Made by a program: the position numbers and the translations under genes. DNA of 62,976 bases, the filler included. It is 4 parts of 4 records of this genome, joined end to end, with 100 filler letters (N's around TTAATTAATTAA, not from the genome) between each part and the next. Parts side by side here need not be neighbours in the genome. Positions count along the whole stretch, not along the records: positions 10,213 to 25,428 come from SRR20825019_1767; 3 more parts are not named here. The stretch is one strand, 5' to 3'. The notes beneath the pieces were generated by a model. It made no database searches, was not told where the DNA came from, and was given only the letters and a program-made list of their open reading frames with translations. Below are positions 10,113-20,313 of this stretch, piece after piece (within the stretch, counting starts at the first letter, position 1; each line of letters opens with the position of its first letter).

Positions 10113-10212
10113 NNNNNNNNNNNNNNNNNNNNNNNNNNNNNNNNNNNNNNNNNNNNTTAATTAATTAANNNNNNNNNNNNNNNNNNNNNNNNNNNNNNNN
10201 NNNNNNNNNNNN
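10113..10212. other. Artificial contig spacer (N run - TTAATTAATTAA - N run)
   Basis: Ns flank a 12-mer with stops in all six frames (10157-10168). Composition and gene content change across it. Confidence 0.98.
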
Positions 10213-10670
10213 GCACCCACAAAAAGGCTCTGCATTTGATAGCCCATACTGAATTGTGATTCCGGCAATTTATCCCCAACAAACGCCCGATATGGCTCCA
10301 TGGCCATGTTGTTTCCCACGTCCAAAATCCACAACAATCCCACAGCAAACCATAAGGCGGGACTCAATGGAAAGGCAAACAAACAGATACTGCCCATTAT
10401 GGCACCTATCAAGAAGAAAGGTTTACGCCTGCCCCATCGTGGCGACCATGTTTTATCGGATACGGCCCCAATGAGGGGTTGAACGATCAAGCCCGTTACC
10501 GGCCCCGCAATATTTAGAATGGGGAGCATTTCTTCCGAAGCGCCCAAAAAAAGAAATATTGGGTTAATGGCGCTCTGCTGCAACCCAAAACTGTATTGGA
10601 TTCCAAGGAACCCAACATTCATATTAAAAATTTGCCAAAAGCTTAATTTTGGTTTTTTAATCGTAATCAT
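10213..10670 (-). CDS. MFS/GPH sugar transporter (maltose/sucrose type), 3'-truncated
   Basis: LSFWQIFNMNVGFLGIQYSFGLQQ, GLIVQPLIGAVSDKTWSPRWGRRKPF and NMAMEPYRA. Confidence 0.88.
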
Positions 10671-10745
10671 CCTGTTTGTTTAGCTAGTCTTTACCATATC
10701 TCAACAAAAGACATGGATATTTTAAGAATATAGCTCAATATAATG

Positions 10746-11669
10746 CTATTTCTTCAAAAAATTAATGTTCCGCTGTAGACCGGATAATTTTGTTCTCTTT
10801 ACCGCTGACTTTTTGAAGATTTTTTTGAAGACATCCTCTGTTATCTCTTCCCAATCTTTTTTGGTGAAGGACAACAAGTCGGGATTAGGATTAAAAAGGG
10901 GTTCGCTATGCGGTTTTGAAAATCGGTTCCATGGACAAACATCTTGGCACACATCACAGCCGAACATCCATTCGTCCAATTTACCATCGAATTCGGAAGG
11001 AATTTCGTTCTTCAATTCGATGGTGAGATAGGAAATACATTTACTGCCATCGACCACGTAGGGCTGTACAATCGCTTCGGTGGGACAGGCATCAATACAA
11101 GCGGTGCAGGTTCCACAATGGTCGGTGACCGGTGTATCGTACGCCAACTCCAGATCCACAATCAGTTCGGCAATAAAATAAAATGAGCCCACTTGTTGGG
11201 TAAGCAAATTACTGTTTTTACCTATCCAACCCAAACCGCTTTTGGCTGCCCATGCCTTATCCAGAACCGGAGCAGAATCCACAAATGCACGTCCGTGGAC
11301 ATCCCCTATTTCTTCTTGAATAAACTGAAGCAGGCTTTTGAGCTTGTCCTTTATCACAAAGTGATAATCCATCCCATAGGCATATTTGGAAATTTTATAG
11401 GAATCGGGGTTTTGATCTTCGGAAGGAAAGTAATTCAACAAGAGTGATATGACCGACTTGGAGCCTTCAACCAATTTTGTAGGATCCAAACGCTTATCAA
11501 AATGGTTCTCCATGTACTGCATTTCGCCATGCATGTTCTGGTTGAGCCATTTCTCCAAACGGGGCGCTTCTTCTTCCAAAAACCCCGCCTCTGATATGCC
11601 ACACGACAAAAAACCGAGGCGCTTGGCTTCGGTCTTGATCATGGAAGTATGTTTTGTGATCGAATTCAA
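10746..11669 (-). CDS. queG: Epoxyqueuosine reductase
   Basis: [53 protein letters not shown] and [12 protein letters not shown]. Start uncertain (TTG 11669, ATG 11642 or 11708). Confidence 0.95.
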   Translation of the reverse strand: MNSITKHTSMIKTEAKRLGFLSCGISEAGFLEEEAPRLEKWLNQNMHGEMQYMENHFDKRLDPTKLVEGSKSVISLLLNYFPSEDQNPDSYKISKYAYGMDYHFVIKDKLKSLLQFIQEEIGDVHGRAFVDSAPVLDKAWAAKSGLGWIGKNSNLLTQQVGSFYFIAELIVDLELAYDTPVTDHCGTCTACIDACPTEAIVQPYVVDGSKCISYLTIELKNEIPSEFDGKLDEWMFGCDVCQDVCPWNRFSKPHSEPLFNPNPDLLSFTKKDWEEITEDVFKKIFKKSAVKRTKLSGLQRNINFLKK

Positions 11670-11723
11670 TATTGGCGACTGCTTATGTTTTGAAGCACCA
11701 ATATACAAAAGACATGCTCAATT

Positions 11724-12173
11724 TTATTGGGGAGGGGGAGGAATAGCCATATCAAAATCGGATGCCGTGGCCAATACTTTTTGAATGATTTCTGGTTCAA
11801 CCGATTTCATTACGGCATTGTCTTCGGTTTCGGGAACACCAAAAGTTTCAAAAAACTTAGAGAATCCTTTGGGACTGTGAATGTTGACCCAGGTACAAGG
11901 TGAATCCGTTTTATTACTGAACGTATGCAGAGTTCCCGGTGGCACATCCACAGACTCTCCCTGTTTACAAATGAATGTTTTCCCGTTCACAAAAAACTCA
12001 AGCTCGCCCTGGATTACCATAAAAGCTTCCTTGTACTCGCTATGTATATGTGGTGGTGGACCTTGTGCACCAGCTGGCGTTTCACAAACAACCAAATCAT
12101 AATCACCTGTAGTCGGGTGCAATGTTACCTTTTGGCCCAAGACCCATTTTGAAGTATTGTTTTCCATTTTCAT
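11724..12173 (-). CDS. Cupin-2 domain protein (quercetinase-like metal motif)
   Basis: GPPPHIH...EAF.V..GEL and VPPGTLHTFSN cupin motifs. Confidence 0.85.
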   Translation of the reverse strand: MKMENNTSKWVLGQKVTLHPTTGDYDLVVCETPAGAQGPPPHIHSEYKEAFMVIQGELEFFVNGKTFICKQGESVDVPPGTLHTFSNKTDSPCTWVNIHSPKGFSKFFETFGVPETEDNAVMKSVEPEIIQKVLATASDFDMAIPPPPQ

Positions 12174-12188
12174 GAGATTTTTGTCTCA
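12173..12188. promoter_or_regulatory. Putative TetR operator 1 (TGAGA-N6-TCTCA) overlapping the cupin start
   Basis: Palindrome TGAGATTTTTGTCTCA. Abuts a Bacteroidota -7 box TATGTTTG on the minus strand (12189-12196). Confidence 0.7.
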
Positions 12189-12224
12189 CAAACATATATA
12201 TTAATTTTTACAGTTCAAAATTTT

Positions 12225-12242
12225 ATGAGATATTTGTCTCAT
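12225..12242. promoter_or_regulatory. Putative TetR operator 2 (ATGAGA-N6-TCTCAT) overlapping the tetR start
   Basis: Palindrome ATGAGATATTTGTCTCAT, near-identical to operator 1. Confidence 0.7.
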
Positions 12243-12837
12243 GAAAGAGAAGCATATTACGTCTGGGCGTAAAAAACAGAAGCAGAATACTAGGGATAAA
12301 ATCCTTGAGGCATCTCAGCAATTATTGGAGAAGAAAGTGACGTTGACCATGGAAAATGTAGCGGAAAAAGCCGGTATTTCCAGGGCAACGGTCTATAGGT
12401 ACTACACCAATATCGATTCCTTATCGATGGATTTGATCCTTCAACTCGATGTACCCAACCCAGAAACCATTCTTAGCAACAACGAAGGAGCATCACATAA
12501 GGATACTATTCTAGGCATCCAAAAAGCCTATCTTGATTTCAGTCTTCGAAACGAGCAAACTTCCAGACAGTTCTTGGCAGCAGTGTTGGCATCATCGAAC
12601 CCAAATATGCGCAGGGGAAAAAACCGCATCAATACCTTGAAGGAGCACTTCAAATCCAATGAGGTAGATTTGAGTAAAGAGGATAAAGAAAAGTTGATTC
12701 ACCTGTCCGTACTTTTGATGGGGATAGAATCTATAATTACCGCAAAAGATGTCTGTGGACTGGACAATCAAACCGCCACGAATACCTTAACATGGGGGTT
12801 ACAAATGATTTTGAAAGGGTGCGGGGTAGATAAGTGA
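12241..12837 (+). CDS. TetR/AcrR-family transcriptional regulator
   Basis: TRDKILEAS..LL....TMENVAEKAGISRATVYRYY helix-turn-helix. Confidence 0.92.
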   Translation: MKEKHITSGRKKQKQNTRDKILEASQQLLEKKVTLTMENVAEKAGISRATVYRYYTNIDSLSMDLILQLDVPNPETILSNNEGASHKDTILGIQKAYLDFSLRNEQTSRQFLAAVLASSNPNMRRGKNRINTLKEHFKSNEVDLSKEDKEKLIHLSVLLMGIESIITAKDVCGLDNQTATNTLTWGLQMILKGCGVDK

Positions 12838-12880
12838 TCGGTCGTCCTACAATTCAACCCCGAATCATCAAAACCAAGAA

Positions 12881-13948
12881 CTACTTGGTTTTGACCATAT
12901 CAAATTCATCTTTATAATATTTCATTATGGGTTGGAACGGTCCCAATTGATGTTGCTCTTCACTAAAGTTATCAGAATATGGTCCGTAAGGGGTAGAAAC
13001 AGGTTTCTTGACCAAATCAGGGAAATCAACCTCCCGATTCGGCTTTGTCGGCCTAAGTTTTTGGTTGATATACCCCGCCACATCATATGCTTCCTCATCG
13101 GTAAGTACAGGGTTATCGAATGTGGTTCCGTACGGCATGTTCCCTTTTTTAAACTGTGCGGCGGTAATCACACGTGTCATGCCGGCGCCATTATTGTAAG
13201 AATCGTTTCCCCACAATGGCGGGTAGAGATAAGTGCCATCTGCTTGGGACTCTCCTTGCCCATCCGCACCATGACATTCAACACAATTTTTGACAAAAAC
13301 CTGTTCTCCATGCTGTAAATCTACAGCCCTATCAGGGATTTCAATGGTCAAAAAACCTTGTCCTTCTATTTTTCCGTTTGATGGGGCAGCCCTTCCCAAC
13401 CATTCCATGTAGGCGAGCAAAGATTTCATTTTTTCACTGTCTTCCGGTATAACCTTACCGTTCATGCTGCGCTCCATGCAACCATTGATTCGCTCCTCGA
13501 TGGTTCCCATTTTATCCTCTCGACCACGATACTGTGGAAATCGCTTGACCACACCTATCAGCGGAGCAGCATAAGGCTTTGTCCCTCCATTTAAATGACA
13601 ACTGGCACAAGCCAAATTGTTCCCTGCGTACATCTGTGTTGAATCTGCTTGTTTGGGACCCAAATGTTGTGGGGTGTTCCTAAAAACTTCAAAACCTTCC
13701 TTTACTTTTTGATTTTTAGCAGAATTGGAGAGATTGTACACATTGTAATCCAAGTAATAGACATCATCTGGAAATGCTGTATATTCTTTGGAACCGAAGT
13801 CGCCAAATGCGACCAAAACCACTGTAAAGGCCAACCCCAGCATCAAGACTACACAAATACCCAATTGCACGCACAGTTTTTTTATTTGTGAAGCAATGGC
13901 CATGTTTTTATTGGAACTCCGCTCTTCAGGATGTATTGGTTCTCCCAT
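12881..13948 (-). CDS. tsdA: TsdA-like diheme cytochrome c (thiosulfate dehydrogenase/tetrathionate reductase family)
   Basis: Two CxxCH motifs (CASCH, CVECH), active-site-type RINGCMERSMNG, PPLWG.DSYN.GAGM and NMP. N-terminal hydrophobic anchor. Confidence 0.8.
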   Translation of the reverse strand: MGEPIHPEERSSNKNMAIASQIKKLCVQLGICVVLMLGLAFTVVLVAFGDFGSKEYTAFPDDVYYLDYNVYNLSNSAKNQKVKEGFEVFRNTPQHLGPKQADSTQMYAGNNLACASCHLNGGTKPYAAPLIGVVKRFPQYRGREDKMGTIEERINGCMERSMNGKVIPEDSEKMKSLLAYMEWLGRAAPSNGKIEGQGFLTIEIPDRAVDLQHGEQVFVKNCVECHGADGQGESQADGTYLYPPLWGNDSYNNGAGMTRVITAAQFKKGNMPYGTTFDNPVLTDEEAYDVAGYINQKLRPTKPNREVDFPDLVKKPVSTPYGPYSDNFSEEQHQLGPFQPIMKYYKDEFDMVKTK

Positions 13949-14096
13949 GATTCTTCTTTAACCATGCAAAGCAATTACGAATTGATAAGATAGGGGCACT
14001 TTCCTTGATTCTCATAAAATGAATTTCTAATCCAAGAAGACAATCAAACAAGCTAGTAAATTACAAAAAGATTTAAAACTGGAAAGCAACAAAACA

Positions 14097-15119
14097 TCAA
14101 AACAATCCACCCTGCGTACCGCCCTTTACCTTGCCCAAATGTTTGTACGCAAGTTCCGTGACTTCACGTCCTCGAGGGGTTCGCATTATAAAGCCTTGCT
14201 GAATCAGAAACGGCTCGTAAACTTCTTCCAAAGTTTCGGCACTTTCGGACACTGCCGTTGCCAAGGTGGTGATTCCAACCGGCCCTCCCTTGAACTTATC
14301 TATGATGGTGGTCAAGATTTTGTTGTCCATTTCATCCAGTCCATGGGCATCCACATTTAGGGCCTTAAGACCAAACTGGGAGATTTCGAGGTCAATTTTC
14401 CCGTTACCCTTTATTTGGGCAAAATCCCGGACCCTTCGCAAAAGTGCATTGCAAATTCTAGGTGTTCCCCTGCTCCGACCGGCAATCTCTATCGCCGCAT
14501 CATTGGTTATCGGCACGTTTAAAATTTCCGCACTACGCTCCACAATAGTAGACAATAATTCTGTATTGTAATATTGCAAACGGCTCTGGATCCCAAACCT
14601 TGCACGCATGGGAGCCGTCAACAAACCTGACCGTGTAGTGGCACCGATCAAGGTAAACGGACTCAAATTAATCTGCACGGTACGGGCGTTGGGCCCTGTC
14701 TCTATCATGATATCAATTTTATAATCCTCCATGGCAGAATACAGATATTCTTCCACGATGGGGCTCAATCTATGGATCTCATCAATAAAAAGGACATCCC
14801 GTTCATCCAAATTGGTCAACAAGCCTGCCAAATCACCAGGTTTATCGAGTACGGGCCCAGAGGTAACCTTTATTCCCACACCAAGCTCATTGGCAAGAAT
14901 GTGCGCCAACGTTGTTTTACCAAGACCCGGAGGCCCATGAAAAAGAGTATGGTCCAAGGCCTCGCCCCGAAGATTGGCGGCCTGCACAAAAACCTTCAGG
15001 TTTTCCAATACTTGGGCCTGCCCAGTAAAGTCATCAAAACTTATGGGCCGTAAAGCCCTTTCTATATCAAACTCTTCCGGGGAAAGATTTTCGCCTGTTG
15101 GATCTAAATTTTCATTCAT
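14097..15119 (-). CDS. ruvB: Holliday junction branch migration helicase RuvB
   Basis: [30 protein letters not shown] and RTPRGR. A TATATTTG -7 box at 15127-15134 supports the start at 15119. Confidence 0.97.
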   Translation of the reverse strand: MNENLDPTGENLSPEEFDIERALRPISFDDFTGQAQVLENLKVFVQAANLRGEALDHTLFHGPPGLGKTTLAHILANELGVGIKVTSGPVLDKPGDLAGLLTNLDERDVLFIDEIHRLSPIVEEYLYSAMEDYKIDIMIETGPNARTVQINLSPFTLIGATTRSGLLTAPMRARFGIQSRLQYYNTELLSTIVERSAEILNVPITNDAAIEIAGRSRGTPRICNALLRRVRDFAQIKGNGKIDLEISQFGLKALNVDAHGLDEMDNKILTTIIDKFKGGPVGITTLATAVSESAETLEEVYEPFLIQQGFIMRTPRGREVTELAYKHLGKVKGGTQGGLF

Positions 15120-15248
15120 GGTTAAACAAATATAGTTGAAAACGGAATCCACCTAAAGTCATAAGCACTAAAATACCGTTTTGAACTCACTTCTTAAAAA
15201 TCTAAACCTTACCTTAGATAAGTTTAAAATTCGTCAATTTATCCCTTT

Positions 15249-17501
15249 ATGGTTACCACAGATTATTCCACTGGAATTCTACAATACATCCCTTTTTTCT
15301 ATGTGATATGGTCCGATGACCTGCTCTCCGCTTCCGAAATATCCGTTGTTCAAAAGGTAATAGCGCTGGATGAAACACTGACGAGTGAAGAGAAAAAACA
15401 ATTAGGCAATTGGTTGCACAAAGACCGTCCTCCGCATGATGATGAAATCAAAAACTGGAAGCAGACCATTGCCACTTCCAAAGTAAAACTGATTGAGAGC
15501 GACACCTACCCTCTAACCTCACTCAGCCAAAGATTGGTAAAAAACGAGGAGTTGAACGAGCAATTAAAGCATATCGAAATTCATTTGGGCATACAGCCCA
15601 ACCATTACAACCATCTCTTTGATGTAGAAGTGGTACATGAGAAAACTTCGGACGAATACGATGCCGATGTTCTGGACACTATTTTAAAAGGTGAACATGC
15701 CAAAGAGGTTGACGGGTTCCGGAAGTTTTTGGAGAAACCTGATTTTGCTTGGGAAATTTTACGGGATAAAGACGAATTCCGGAATAGGGTTTTGAAACAG
15801 GTTCAGCTTTTAGGCGAGGCCGGATACGGTGCAATGGCTTATCCTGATGCATATGGAGGAACTGACAATATGCCCGCTTATGCAGCTATTTTTGAACATT
15901 TGATGTTCGTGGACGGCAGTTTGGCCATAAAATTTGGTGTCCAGTTCGGGCTTTTTGGTGGAAGCATCCAAAAATTAGGAACAAAAAAGCACCACGACCA
16001 ATATTTGACCGACGCAGGGGAAACCAAATTACTGGGCTGTTTTGCAATGACAGAAACCGGGCACGGTTCCAATGTTCGTGGCATCAAAACAACTGCTACT
16101 TACGATAAAGCATCGGACTCCATCATTATACATACCCCAGGAAAGAACGACAATAAGGAATACATTGGCAACGCCTTGCATTCAAAAATGGCATCTGTAT
16201 TTGCACAGCTGATCGTCGATGGCAAAAATGAAGGGGTGCATGCGATTCTAGTTCCGCTGAGGAACGAAAATCATGAGACATTGGAGGGCATCACCATCGA
16301 GGACAATGGATATAAATTGGGACTGAACGGAGTGGACAATGGAAAAATCTGGTTCAACAATGTAAAGGTCCCCAGGCAAAACTTGCTGAACAAATACGGG
16401 GAAATCAAAGATAATGGCTTATACTTTTCCTCCATCAAAAATCCCAATAAGCGATTTTTCACTATGTTGGGAACTTTGGTGGGCGGACGCATTTGTGTGG
16501 CCCGCGGCGCTTTGGGGGGCAGCAAAATGGCCTTGTCCATTGCGGTAAAATATGCACTTAACCGTAGGCAGTTCAATGATAATGTAAAGGTGCAGGAAGA
16601 CTTGATTATGGATTATCCCACCCATCAGCTTAGGCTTACCCCCAAAATTGCCGGAGCCTATGTATATCATTTCACTTTGGAAGATATGATGAACCGTTAC
16701 AGTGACGATTCGCAACCTGACAAACGAAAGATCGAGACACAAGTAGCAGGGCTGAAGTCCATTATCACCTGGTTTGCCAACGACACGATTCAAGAATGTC
16801 GTGAAGCCTGCGGGGGAAAAGGATATCTATTGGAGAACCGGATTGCCGACCTTAAGGGAGATGTGGACATTTTCACCACTTTTGAAGGAGATAACACAGT
16901 GTTGCTACAATTAGCAGCAAAAGGTGTGCTATCCGATTTTCAGGCTGAATTCAATAGTGCTGGCTTTGCATCAGTTTTAAAACTTCTCCAATCGCAGCTT
17001 TCGGATAAGCTTACGGCGATAAATCCCATGTATTCCAACAAGGTTGATGCTGAGCATCTGTACAATCCAAAGTTCCATAAGCATGCTTTTGATTATCGCA
17101 CGCGCAGGCTTACCTACACCCTAGCCATGCGGATTCGGAACTACATCAAAAAGGGAATTCCTTCGTACCAGGCTTTTCTTAAGGTCCAGACCCATTTACT
17201 GGCATTGGGAAAAGCTTACAGCACAGAATTTGCGTATACTATTTTTTGTGACCATTGCGAGCAGATAGCGGACCTTAAATACAGGGCCTTAATGGAAAAA
17301 GTGGGATGCCTTTACGCTTTGGATCAAATCAATTCGGATGCGAGGTGGTTTTTGGAACAAGGATATATTGGCAATACCAAATCTAAGGCTATCCGTCAGC
17401 GGGTAGAACGCTTATCCACAGAACTAAGGCCACATATTGAAGTATTGGTAGATGGTTTTGGTATACCCGGGCATTGTATGAGCGCTCCTATCTCCAAGTA
17501 A
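15249..17501 (+). CDS. Acyl-CoA oxidase/dehydrogenase-family flavoprotein
   Basis: CFAMTETGHGSNV, KLGLNGVDNG, CREACGGKGY and TFEGDNTVL (ACOX-type), with an ACOX-like C-terminal domain. Confidence 0.88.
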   Translation: MVTTDYSTGILQYIPFFYVIWSDDLLSASEISVVQKVIALDETLTSEEKKQLGNWLHKDRPPHDDEIKNWKQTIATSKVKLIESDTYPLTSLSQRLVKNEELNEQLKHIEIHLGIQPNHYNHLFDVEVVHEKTSDEYDADVLDTILKGEHAKEVDGFRKFLEKPDFAWEILRDKDEFRNRVLKQVQLLGEAGYGAMAYPDAYGGTDNMPAYAAIFEHLMFVDGSLAIKFGVQFGLFGGSIQKLGTKKHHDQYLTDAGETKLLGCFAMTETGHGSNVRGIKTTATYDKASDSIIIHTPGKNDNKEYIGNALHSKMASVFAQLIVDGKNEGVHAILVPLRNENHETLEGITIEDNGYKLGLNGVDNGKIWFNNVKVPRQNLLNKYGEIKDNGLYFSSIKNPNKRFFTMLGTLVGGRICVARGALGGSKMALSIAVKYALNRRQFNDNVKVQEDLIMDYPTHQLRLTPKIAGAYVYHFTLEDMMNRYSDDSQPDKRKIETQVAGLKSIITWFANDTIQECREACGGKGYLLENRIADLKGDVDIFTTFEGDNTVLLQLAAKGVLSDFQAEFNSAGFASVLKLLQSQLSDKLTAINPMYSNKVDAEHLYNPKFHKHAFDYRTRRLTYTLAMRIRNYIKKGIPSYQAFLKVQTHLLALGKAYSTEFAYTIFCDHCEQIADLKYRALMEKVGCLYALDQINSDARWFLEQGYIGNTKSKAIRQRVERLSTELRPHIEVLVDGFGIPGHCMSAPISK

Positions 17502-17504
17502 TGG

Positions 17505-18329
17505 TCAATCCTCTTTTTTGATGAGCTGGGAGGTTCCCAAAAATTCTTCAATGGTAATCTTTGGTGTGCCATAGAGGTAAATACCCGCATTTCCAGAGGA
17601 TTTTATGGATATGTCACCAAATGAATATACCCTTGCGTTGGCGGTCCCTGTGATTTCCAGTTGCACTGAATTGATTTGCATGGCCTCCCCTTTATAGTTG
17701 GCATCTTCCATTAGATTGGCATGGAATCTATCCGAAGTGCCTTCCATGGCCAACGAAGAGTTTCCCTCCAAATCCAAAACACCGGAATTTATCTGCGCGT
17801 ATACATAAGCCTGCGCCCTTTTATTCAGGTTTATGTTCAACGAGTCTACCTCTACATGAAAATCGCCCCTACTGGTGTCTTCTAAATTTATGTCCATTAC
17901 ATCTGCATTCGCCTTAATGTCCAATTTGGTATTGTTGAAACCATCCACGAACAGCTCCTCGGATTGGATAACGTCTTGGGAGACCATGGTCCCGTTCTTG
18001 ACAGTAATTGCATTGAGTTGGGTGTAATTCACCGTGATTTCCAACTCCTTTTTTGCTGTGATGTTGTAGTAGGAACTTATCACCAATGTACCATCATTGA
18101 CCTCGAATTTTAGAATGTCCACCAAGTTATCGTCAGCTATAAGGTGGTAGCCAGGGCCTAAAGATTTCTTTAAATTGATTTCAAGGTCATCATTCAAAAT
18201 AATGGCATTAAAAGGCGGAAGTTCCTCGCTCACCTGTGTTACAATGCGGCTTCCTTTTATTTTGGGCTTACGCTGGGCAGTGGTCACTATAGGAAACAGC
18301 ACTAAAAGTAGGATAACAATCTTATTCAT
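17505..18329 (-). CDS. DUF2807/GIN-domain secreted protein
   Basis: Signal peptide; KIKGS..V, ADDNL, V.DGTL.I, and C-terminal SGNA.I..YG.P. Confidence 0.75.
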   Translation of the reverse strand: MNKIVILLLVLFPIVTTAQRKPKIKGSRIVTQVSEELPPFNAIILNDDLEINLKKSLGPGYHLIADDNLVDILKFEVNDGTLVISSYYNITAKKELEITVNYTQLNAITVKNGTMVSQDVIQSEELFVDGFNNTKLDIKANADVMDINLEDTSRGDFHVEVDSLNINLNKRAQAYVYAQINSGVLDLEGNSSLAMEGTSDRFHANLMEDANYKGEAMQINSVQLEITGTANARVYSFGDISIKSSGNAGIYLYGTPKITIEEFLGTSQLIKKED

Positions 18330-18399
18330 ATTGGTTGTTTTTTGTGAAAGGGGAAATGCCTTTTAAAGATATACAATTCACATCAAAATATGTTCCAAT

Positions 18400-18432
18400 A
18401 AAAAAAGCCCATCCAAATTGGACGGGCCTTTT
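18400..18432 (-). terminator. Intrinsic terminator of the act/cox operon
   Basis: Minus strand GCCCGTCCA-ATT-TGGATGGGC followed by a T tract, about 20 nt after the cox1 stop. Confidence 0.75.
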
Positions 18433-18451
18433 CACTAATATAACTATTTTT

Positions 18452-20275
18452 TTAGTGGTTGAGTTCTTCTTCGTTCTCTTGAAGTGGAACGTTTTGCGGG
18501 ACAAAATCCTGCCCAGCAATAATGTACTCTCCATTCTCGTATGTTTTACTATAATCGTATGCCCAACGGTATACGTGTGGAATCTCACCAGGCCAGTTAC
18601 CGTGGATATGCTCCCTTGGTGTTGTCCATTCCAATGTATTTGAACCCCATGGGTTAACAGGTCCTTTTTTACCGTAGAATATACTTGAGATAAAGTTGTA
18701 GACGAATATCAACTGGGCCAGACCTGCAATAATTGCGAATACGGTCATTAACACCTGAACGTTGGTCAATTCATCGAACATAGGGAACGCTGTGTTCTCA
18801 TAGTAACGACGTGGCACACCGGCCATTCCCACAAAGTGCATCGGGAAGAATACCCCGTAGGCACAGACTGCGGTAATCCAGAAGTGTACATAACCCAAGT
18901 TTTTGTTCATCATACGGCCATGGAACATTTTTGGAAACCAGTGATAGATACCCGCGAACATTCCGTACAGTGCAGATATACCCATTACCAAGTGGAAGTG
19001 AGCTACCACGAAGTACGTATCGTGTACGTTAATATCCAACGTACTATCACCCAAAATAATACCTGTTAGACCTCCTGTGATAAATGTTGACACCAAACCA
19101 ATGGAGAACAACATGGCAGGGTTCAACTGCAGGTTACCTTTCCACAATGTGGTGATATAGTTAAATGCCTTTACCGCTGATGGTATCGCAATCAAAAGGG
19201 TTGTAAATGTAAATACAGACCCCAAGAACGGGTTCATTCCAGATACGAACATGTGGTGACCCCATACAATTGTGGACAAGAAGGCAATTGCCAAAATCGA
19301 GGCAACCATCGCTCTATATCCAAAAATCGGTTTTCTTGCGTTTGTTGACATTACTTCGGATGTAATACCCAATGCCGGCAACAATACGATATATACTTCA
19401 GGGTGACCCAAGAACCAGAACAAGTGCTCGTACAGTACCGGGGAACCACCTTGATAGTGCAATACTTCTCCTTGGATAAAGATATCCGACAGGAAGAAAG
19501 ATGTACCAAAGCTTCTATCCATGATCAATAACAAGGCCGCTGACAACAATACCGGGAAAGAGATAACACCAATAATAGCTGTTACGAAGAAAGCCCAGAT
19601 TGTCAATGGCAAGCGTGTCATGGACATACCTTTTGTTCTAAGGTTGATGACCGTTACGATGTAGTTCAATGATCCCAATAACGAGGAAGCGATAAAGATG
19701 GCCATGGATACCAACCAAAGCGTCATACCCATACCAGAACCTGGCTGCGCCATTGGAAGCGCACTCAATGGTGGATAAATGGTCCAACCTGCTGCTGCGG
19801 GGCCTGCCTCTACGAACAATGAAATAATCATGATGACGGATGAAATAAAGAACATCCAATAAGAAATCATGTTCATAAATCCGGAAGCCATATCCCTTGC
19901 ACCAATCTGCAATGGAATCAAAAGGTTACTGAAGGTACCACTCAATCCCTGTGTCAACACGAAGAATACCATCAAAGTACCGTGGATGGTAACCAATGCC
20001 AAATAAATATCGGCATCCATAACACCGTCTGGAGCCCATTTTCCAAGCACAGCTTCAAAAATTCCAAAAGATTCGCCAGGCCATGCCAACTGCATTCTAA
20101 AGAGCAATGACATAGCAATACCAATGAATCCCATGATTAGACCGGTAATCAGATATTGCTTGGATATCATCTTATGGTCCTGACTGAAAATGTATTTTGT
20201 GATGAAAGTTTCCTTATGGTGATGTCCATGATCATCGTGGTGATCATCGTGACTTACATGGGCTACTTCAGACAT
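18452..20275 (-). CDS. ctaD: Cytochrome c oxidase subunit I (A-type)
   Basis: DHK, TIHGTLM, GWTIYPPL, WFLGHPEVY, VWGHHMF, HDTYFVVAHFH and PRRY. Confidence 0.96.
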   Translation of the reverse strand: MSEVAHVSHDDHHDDHGHHHKETFITKYIFSQDHKMISKQYLITGLIMGFIGIAMSLLFRMQLAWPGESFGIFEAVLGKWAPDGVMDADIYLALVTIHGTLMVFFVLTQGLSGTFSNLLIPLQIGARDMASGFMNMISYWMFFISSVIMIISLFVEAGPAAAGWTIYPPLSALPMAQPGSGMGMTLWLVSMAIFIASSLLGSLNYIVTVINLRTKGMSMTRLPLTIWAFFVTAIIGVISFPVLLSAALLLIMDRSFGTSFFLSDIFIQGEVLHYQGGSPVLYEHLFWFLGHPEVYIVLLPALGITSEVMSTNARKPIFGYRAMVASILAIAFLSTIVWGHHMFVSGMNPFLGSVFTFTTLLIAIPSAVKAFNYITTLWKGNLQLNPAMLFSIGLVSTFITGGLTGIILGDSTLDINVHDTYFVVAHFHLVMGISALYGMFAGIYHWFPKMFHGRMMNKNLGYVHFWITAVCAYGVFFPMHFVGMAGVPRRYYENTAFPMFDELTNVQVLMTVFAIIAGLAQLIFVYNFISSIFYGKKGPVNPWGSNTLEWTTPREHIHGNWPGEIPHVYRWAYDYSKTYENGEYIIAGQDFVPQNVPLQENEEELNH

Positions 20276-20313
20276 ATTCCAATTAATTTTTCGTTATTCT
20301 TTTAAGTTGTTTG

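Noticed and set aside
10157-10168. TTAATTAATTAA palindrome repeated three times in the window
   Set aside because: Embedded in N runs and carrying stops in all six frames: a concatenation linker, not a biological repeat.
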